A stretch of DNA of 64,000 nucleotides from assembly GCA_965218095.1 (NCBI GenBank), contig OZ244587.1, positions 4,672,001-4,736,000 on the forward strand, read 5' to 3'. How positions within the stretch are numbered: position 1 is the first letter of the stretch; each line of letters opens with the position of its first letter. Below are positions 58,606-64,000 of the stretch, in pieces. The stretch comes from Candidatus Poribacteria bacterium (GTDB lineage: Bacteria; Poribacteria; WGA-4E; PCPOR2b). Below the pieces are notes generated by a model, which saw nothing but the letters and a program-made list of their open reading frames with translations, had not been told where the DNA came from and made no database searches. Both the position numbers and the translations under genes were made by a program.

Positions 58606-58884
58606 TCAATCCGCTGGCACAGACTCGGGAACAACGGGTATAGGCTTATTGAAGTCAAGGCTGCTCCAGGACAGGATTTGCTGCTTGAACCAGACATCAT
58701 ATAGATCTTTCGATGCGACAAACTCGCGGTTTGCCTGAACCGAATCGCTCGCCTCGAAAGTCACAACGAGCACATCTCCCATTGGTATCTGTTGGATCCA
58801 AGCCCGTTCATTTGTGAGGCCGAGCCGTCGCCGAGATTAAGCGTGTTCATTCCTACTGGGTATTGAAAAACCAATAGCTGGCAT
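58606..58884 (-). pseudogene. Degraded small cassette-like gene (DUF6176-like, tentative)
   Basis: AAGGAG RBS, ATG, internal TAA; SRRRLGLTNERAWIQQIPMGD...YDVWFKQQ. Confidence 0.6.
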
Positions 58885-59201
58885 GTTAATCATCTCCTTT
58901 CTTGTTGTAGCTTCCATTATGACGAAAAAACTTCATTGGAATCACCACCATTATACCACGACCGCAAAAAAAGATGAACAAAAATCTGAAGCTGGATTCA
59001 CAAGTGCGATACACATTTGGACGGTTACAAATGACGCTTCCGCTGTCTGAATCTTGAATCTGGTATCTGGCATTGATACAGATGCTTGCATCCCGCGAAT
59101 CGGGGATTCAAGATACAAGATGCAAAATGGTCGTGGTGTAAGTTATGACCTATCGTGGTATATATGACCAAGCCTCCATTAAATAGTCGGCATCCAGCTT
59201 A

Positions 59202-59510
59202 TTAGATGGTTGGCTGTACGCCATTAATGGGAATTGACCTCCAGTCCAATTCATGTGACGTATTACCTCCTCCTTTGAACTCCTTTGAAAGTTGGTGGTC
59301 GTAGATAAAAAGTTCGTCTACTACACCGTGTATTGGATTAACCAATGATCTGCCCGCTCCCACCGGAAACTGTGGTGCTACCGTCCGTGGGAACCAACGC
59401 ATCTCCTTGTACACCACCTCAATGCCATCGCAATAAAGGCTGATGCCTTGTTCGCAGTGCCATGTCATCGCCACGTGATACCACTCATCAGACTTCCAGG
59501 GCCTTGATTC
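59202..59510 (-). pseudogene. LamG-like domain C-terminal fragment
   Basis: EWYHVAMTW, LYCDG, GVVDELFIYD. Confidence 0.7.
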
Positions 59511-59512
59511 TG

Positions 59513-61447
59513 TCAAAAACCGACGTAGATCCGTTCCTGCAGGAGGATGCCGAGGAGGCTCCAGCCACAGCCGACGATGTATTGACCCAAAATCAAACCA
59601 ATGAAGAACGGCACCGCCCGCCGATACATCCGTATCCCCCCATATTTCAGGATTCCCCACTTCAACAAGAAGCTGAGGAAAAGCGGAAACCAGAGGGTAG
59701 GCATCGGCACGGACGAGCCCAAGATGTAACCGATGGGATGAAGAGGCCACCAGAGAAAGTATCTATGCATCATCAGTAGACTGCCGGTAAAGAGAAATGA
59801 TGCACACAGTACAACAACCTGGGAAAGATTCATGGTATTCGGATAGGTTAGCCAATTGGCGAGTCGCTGGTAGGTTTCAACAGCGAATCGGGGAGGAGGG
59901 CCAACAACTCGGACTTCCGCGCCCAACTGATAGGAAAGGTGCAGGGTAATCCAGAAGGTGGTCAGCATCCCCAACATGCCAGCAAAAAATAACACCACAA
60001 CCAGAGCAGCCTTATCCGAAATACCTCCCCGATTTGCGAGTTTGAAACCCTCAAGGATATGGGGCATCGGATGGCTGCGACTCGATTCCTCCCCAGCAAA
60101 CCATCGAAATAGCGCGATCTTTGTCAGGTTTTCCCCGCTTAATCGCCGTGTGCCGAAGAGATAGACCAATATATAGTCCGGCCCTGCTCCGTACATGTTA
60201 TGAACCGGCGGTCCCAGTTGTGCCCGGATGCGTGTCACAGTAGTGGCAAGAGCGAAATAGATACAGAAAAAGAGGACGATAATCCACGCTGAGATACCTG
60301 CCCAATGGCAGAACAAAAAGATCAAAACGAAAGCGCCTAGCATCAGCAGGATGAGTGTCTGATAAGATAGCAACTCATTGGATGACGTTTTCCTGCGACC
60401 GCTTCCGAGGATATTTCGGACGACTTCGATGAAATACCGCCGACTCATCCAGAGCGTGAACGTTAAAAATCCTATCCACGCTCCCGACACCTGCTCGCCC
60501 CGGCCGAAAAATCCTCCCTGTTGCTGCCCCAAAAGGCTCGACAGGATGTTTTGTCCCTGCCAGAACAGGACGAAAAACCAGCATGAAAACAGCAAAGAAA
60601 GGGGCATGAGAAACCCCAGACCGATTGCGAACGGTTGGAAAGAAACGCCTATCCAGGCGATGGCGTTCCAAGGCTTCTCGGTGAATAGATGTTTCAGACT
60701 GTGGTACCAGATGGGAATCCGGGGAAGAGCGGGATAGAAATAACTCAGCCCGTTGAGCAGAGTCAGCCCCCCTGCAATGCCAAAACCGAGCCACATTTGT
60801 CTATTCGCAAAGAAACGCCCATTACCATTTCTTGTGAGTTCGTAAGGAATCTGCGCAATCGGATAACTTAATCTTTCCCTTTCGGACCAGGGGTGTCTGA
60901 TAAGCACACTGATGCATATCAAAGAAAGCAGGACTGCTCCGAAGAAAGCCGCCCAGGCCCCAAGTCGGAAGAGCCAGGCGTTCAGGTTCTTGGATAGATA
61001 GAGCGTCTCTGTTCCACGATAGAGGCCCTCAAGAATACTTTTGTCAGATAGGGTCAGCCAACTTGGCAAATAACGGTGGAACAGTTGCGCCCATTCGTTT
61101 TCAGGGGTTGCCACCCACGATGCCGCGCTGATTTGGAAAATGAGCGTTTGTACATAATCAATACCTCCCAACGAGGAACTGAGGGCGACCATCATGTAAA
61201 TAATCAACAACTCACCTTGCGAGAGGCTGAGACGCGGAGAGAGTTTTCCGACCAGGAGGTTCAGCCCAGTTACCCAAAAAAGGCTGAAGACAACGTTGGG
61301 CGCCAGTGCAAAGTAGGTGGGGTTGAATTCCCACAAAACGAACTCCGCTTGAACAAGCCAATAGGCGTTCAGCAGAATCAAAACAATTCCAATGAGGAAT
61401 GCGCGAAGCGTCACGCCTCGGATCGCGACGCCAGTCTCTTTTTGCAC
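59513..61447 (-). CDS. Polytopic membrane protein, DUF6785/DUF6784-like
   Basis: Many TM segments; W..RERLSYPIAQIP, RIRAQLG, WWPLHPIGY, PFFIGLILG. Confidence 0.8.
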   Translation of the reverse strand: MQKETGVAIRGVTLRAFLIGIVLILLNAYWLVQAEFVLWEFNPTYFALAPNVVFSLFWVTGLNLLVGKLSPRLSLSQGELLIIYMMVALSSSLGGIDYVQTLIFQISAASWVATPENEWAQLFHRYLPSWLTLSDKSILEGLYRGTETLYLSKNLNAWLFRLGAWAAFFGAVLLSLICISVLIRHPWSERERLSYPIAQIPYELTRNGNGRFFANRQMWLGFGIAGGLTLLNGLSYFYPALPRIPIWYHSLKHLFTEKPWNAIAWIGVSFQPFAIGLGFLMPLSLLFSCWFFVLFWQGQNILSSLLGQQQGGFFGRGEQVSGAWIGFLTFTLWMSRRYFIEVVRNILGSGRRKTSSNELLSYQTLILLMLGAFVLIFLFCHWAGISAWIIVLFFCIYFALATTVTRIRAQLGPPVHNMYGAGPDYILVYLFGTRRLSGENLTKIALFRWFAGEESSRSHPMPHILEGFKLANRGGISDKAALVVVLFFAGMLGMLTTFWITLHLSYQLGAEVRVVGPPPRFAVETYQRLANWLTYPNTMNLSQVVVLCASFLFTGSLLMMHRYFLWWPLHPIGYILGSSVPMPTLWFPLFLSFLLKWGILKYGGIRMYRRAVPFFIGLILGQYIVGCGWSLLGILLQERIYVGF

Positions 61448-61563
61448 TGTATTACTTCGTCCGGCTTGTTCACGGCTCGTTATAGTAAACGCCCTTTTTT
61501 AAGTTCACTGAGAACGTTGGTTTGAGTCGTCTTTGAGATGATATTTCCGCTGTTGTGCCCTGG

Positions 61564-61827
61564 TCATTTGTCCATTTCTTTCTGTAGGTCAAGATACGCT
61601 CTCAGCAGATAACCAATTGGCGCGATTTCGACCCTATGGGAGTTATGGATGTATTTGCCCACCCGATGATCAAGTGCGTTGGCACCAATGCTGGTCTGAT
61701 ACACGCTCGGCGCGGAGATGTGAATCGCATTCTGAACGGCGCCCTCAAAGACATTGTTGAAGATGGCGACGGCCAAAACGTTGGACCCCAGTTCGACGTA
61801 CGCCTCGGCGTAGCTAACTACAAACAT
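61564..61827 (-). CDS. Hypothetical, possibly a beta-helix fragment
   Basis: TAATG overlap with the upstream stop; IFNNVFEG-like repeats. Confidence 0.35.
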   Translation of the reverse strand: MFVVSYAEAYVELGSNVLAVAIFNNVFEGAVQNAIHISAPSVYQTSIGANALDHRVGKYIHNSHRVEIAPIGYLLRAYLDLQKEMDK

Positions 61828-62840
61828 TACCGCTGTGGAATCATCTCAGGTCTAATGAAGAAGTAATCCGTCTTCATGGTCGCCAGGCCAACCTGTGAGA
61901 ATCCACCTATCCCTCTTCCAGTTGGACGCATGTCTGCAACAGCTTGTGGCTCACCTGAGCTTCGCCCTTCATAGTACAGGTAGTAGGTATCTCCCACATG
62001 GGCAACACCACCTGGCCAGATGGCACAATCGTCCCACTCTCCCGCTTCCCCACGCGACATCACGGGATTGCCAGGGTAGCGATACCAGTGAATCAAATCT
62101 TCCGAAGCAGCAACGCCGAAGTGATGGGGATTGTCATCGAAGCGATCGCTGCCTCCATAGACCATATACCATAATTCCTGGTCGTGGAAGACACGGGGAT
62201 TTTGCACTCGATGGCTATCCCACGCTCCTGACTCGCCACGGGAAAGTGTAACCTGAGTCTCGTCAATATCGAAGTGGTATGCATCCCGAGAGCGTATCAT
62301 ACACAGTTCACCGCTGCCATCAGCGATTCGCTTATTGAAGAAAAGATAGAAATAGTCGTTGTAACTCACTACTACCGAGGCGCCTGTGTATGCTCGCAGT
62401 AATGGTTCATCGCCATATCGATGGAAAGACAGACCATCTTCTGAAGTTGCCAAAGCAACGCATTTCACACGGCCCACGTCGCGTCCATCTGGGTCCGCTA
62501 CGCGCTGCACGGCGGTATAGTAGTGCAGGTACAGATCATCGACTCTGATGATCTCTCCGGCGAATGGTCCGACATCATCGATCGTTCCGAGTTCACCCGG
62601 CCCTTGCACAGGATTCCCGTTATACTCATGCCATGTGACACCGTCGAATGTGGCAGTGGGTGTAGCGAAGAGGCCAATATAGCATCGCGCTTCACCCGCT
62701 TCGTTCGGCTTCTGGCCCCTGATGTACATCCAATACTCATCCGCTTGAGGTGCCAGCACCGGATCTGCGGTCAACATGCGGCGCCATGTGGCGTCTACTG
62801 CCGGAAGCACTGGATTGGAAGGACTTTTAACCAGTTTCAT
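61827..62840 (-). CDS. Five-bladed propeller glycosidase (GH32/43/130-like)
   Basis: NPVL, ADP, ATSEDG, repeated GNPV..G..G.WD. Confidence 0.85.
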   Translation of the reverse strand: MKLVKSPSNPVLPAVDATWRRMLTADPVLAPQADEYWMYIRGQKPNEAGEARCYIGLFATPTATFDGVTWHEYNGNPVQGPGELGTIDDVGPFAGEIIRVDDLYLHYYTAVQRVADPDGRDVGRVKCVALATSEDGLSFHRYGDEPLLRAYTGASVVVSYNDYFYLFFNKRIADGSGELCMIRSRDAYHFDIDETQVTLSRGESGAWDSHRVQNPRVFHDQELWYMVYGGSDRFDDNPHHFGVAASEDLIHWYRYPGNPVMSRGEAGEWDDCAIWPGGVAHVGDTYYLYYEGRSSGEPQAVADMRPTGRGIGGFSQVGLATMKTDYFFIRPEMIPQR

Positions 62841-63104
62841 ATCGCAACACTCCTTTCCTTCTATAATGGCAAGTGTATCTCAATGGGACATTTCGATTTA
62901 GCGTGTTCCCTTTATCGCTCCCCAAACCGTGGCGAGTTTCCCAGAAGCATCCACCACGAAAAACCCCTCCATTGTCTTGAAGTGAAGCCCTGAAAACGGA
63001 CAGGCAAATAAGCGAGTGTGGTCGTATTGCCCACCTATGCATAGATTAAGGGTTGTGGTTCTCATGTTGGTGGTTTCCTTCTCCGCAATCGTGTGAAAAT
63101 GCGC

Positions 63105-64000
63105 CTACCGCTCGGATCCGGTGGCGGAAATGGTTGCGGCTTGCGGTGCTCGTTTGGGAAATGGTATATTTTTCTCCTGCCAACGGTTGGGCGGCACATA
63201 GCGTTTGTAGTTGCTAATCTTTCCGTGGGTCGCTGCGTAGAAGATGAAATTCGCGCCCATCCGCAGTGACGACGGCACATAGATGGGATCTGAACCAGGA
63301 GAGCGTGAACCGGGGAGTTTCCAGCCGTTATCATAATCATTGTAGCTGATGACGACGGCAAGACGGCCATTGATCTCAAATCCAACCATCGGAAAGGTGA
63401 TTGGAGAATGGCCGCCGCCAATCACAACGCCGGGTTGTCCACCGAGAGGGAACGGTTGATGCCAGATGGGGTGGTCCGGTGGAATTGGCTGTACCTCCCG
63501 CACCTGAGCGTCGATGTCGTGGAGGATTGCCCGAAAATGCCAGCGCATCGAATGCGCAAAGGTTCTCTGAGAAAACGGCCCTTGATTGTGGTTATGTTGC
63601 ACAAAGATGAAACCGCCTCGCTCAGCCAGATAACGCCTGAGATTCCGCCGCTCCCCTTGTATCAGCCGAGCGAGGCCCTCTGCATTGAGATAGAGCATGG
63701 GCGAATCCATAACCCCTGGGTCATCCAGGTAAACCGTCCTGCCTGCAAGGCGTCCTTCAATTCTTGTGTTGGCGGACATCCATGTTACCAAGTGGAGCAA
63801 AGTGGTCGGATCCTCGCGAGCGTGTGAATGGGTCACTATCCGTTGGCGAAAACGGACATAGCAAAGATGGAAATAGCCGGTCGGCAGTCCCGATTGCGGG
63901 TCGGTATAAATACGGGCGCCCAATTCGCTGGGCCCGATCGGCGTCATCAGTTGATTCCCCAAACGCATTTCTCCGACCAGCGCGTCAAGCGCCATCGGAA
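63105..64000 (-). CDS. DUF4159-domain protein, partial (open at right edge)
   Basis: LRRYL..GGFIF, IPPDHPI, GRLAVV.S.ND, RMGAN..FYA. Confidence 0.8.
   Translation of the reverse strand, partial: PMALDALVGEMRLGNQLMTPIGPSELGARIYTDPQSGLPTGYFHLCYVRFRQRIVTHSHAREDPTTLLHLVTWMSANTRIEGRLAGRTVYLDDPGVMDSPMLYLNAEGLARLIQGERRNLRRYLAERGGFIFVQHNHNQGPFSQRTFAHSMRWHFRAILHDIDAQVREVQPIPPDHPIWHQPFPLGGQPGVVIGGGHSPITFPMVGFEINGRLAVVISYNDYDNGWKLPGSRSPGSDPIYVPSSLRMGANFIFYAATHGKISNYKRYVPPNRWQEKNIPFPKRAPQAATISATGSER

Noticed and set aside
1-64000. CRISPR array, tRNA, rRNA
   Set aside because: No regularly spaced repeats or recognisable structural RNA genes; long repeats are paralogous CDS

Overview
Bacterial window of about 55% GC, rich in accessory catabolic genes and mobile-element debris. 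It encodes about nine Asp-box/BNR sialidase-like propellers (including fragments), four GH32/43-like propellers, two GH127-like proteins, DUF4838, DUF4091 and heparinase II/III-like proteins, four PhyH dioxygenases, two enolase-superfamily enzymes, a P450, an FGE-domain lipoprotein, TolB-like and TPR proteins. This repertoire plus a C-terminal VSPxxKxxTxWGxLK motif suggests Candidatus Poribacteria or a similar lineage (inference). Almost every non-IS gene from 8.1 kb to the right edge is on the minus strand. The most notable non-coding features are: (1) an ORF-less group IIB-like intron (31361-32109, minus) flanked by an exact 14-bp direct repeat, so its 3' end regenerates its own IBS2/IBS1 target; (2) one complete integron attC site and several half sites with no integrase in the window; (3) a cargo-carrying IS1595 element nested in a 62-bp MITE, each with its own 8-bp TSD; (4) an IS5-family element whose frameshift appears hard-wired by a 16-bp duplication; (5) a segmental duplication with reciprocal gene decay; (6) four mosaic sialidase-like paralogs with variable loops. 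No rRNA, tRNA or CRISPR array was seen. All family calls come from motif recognition by eye, not from database searches.
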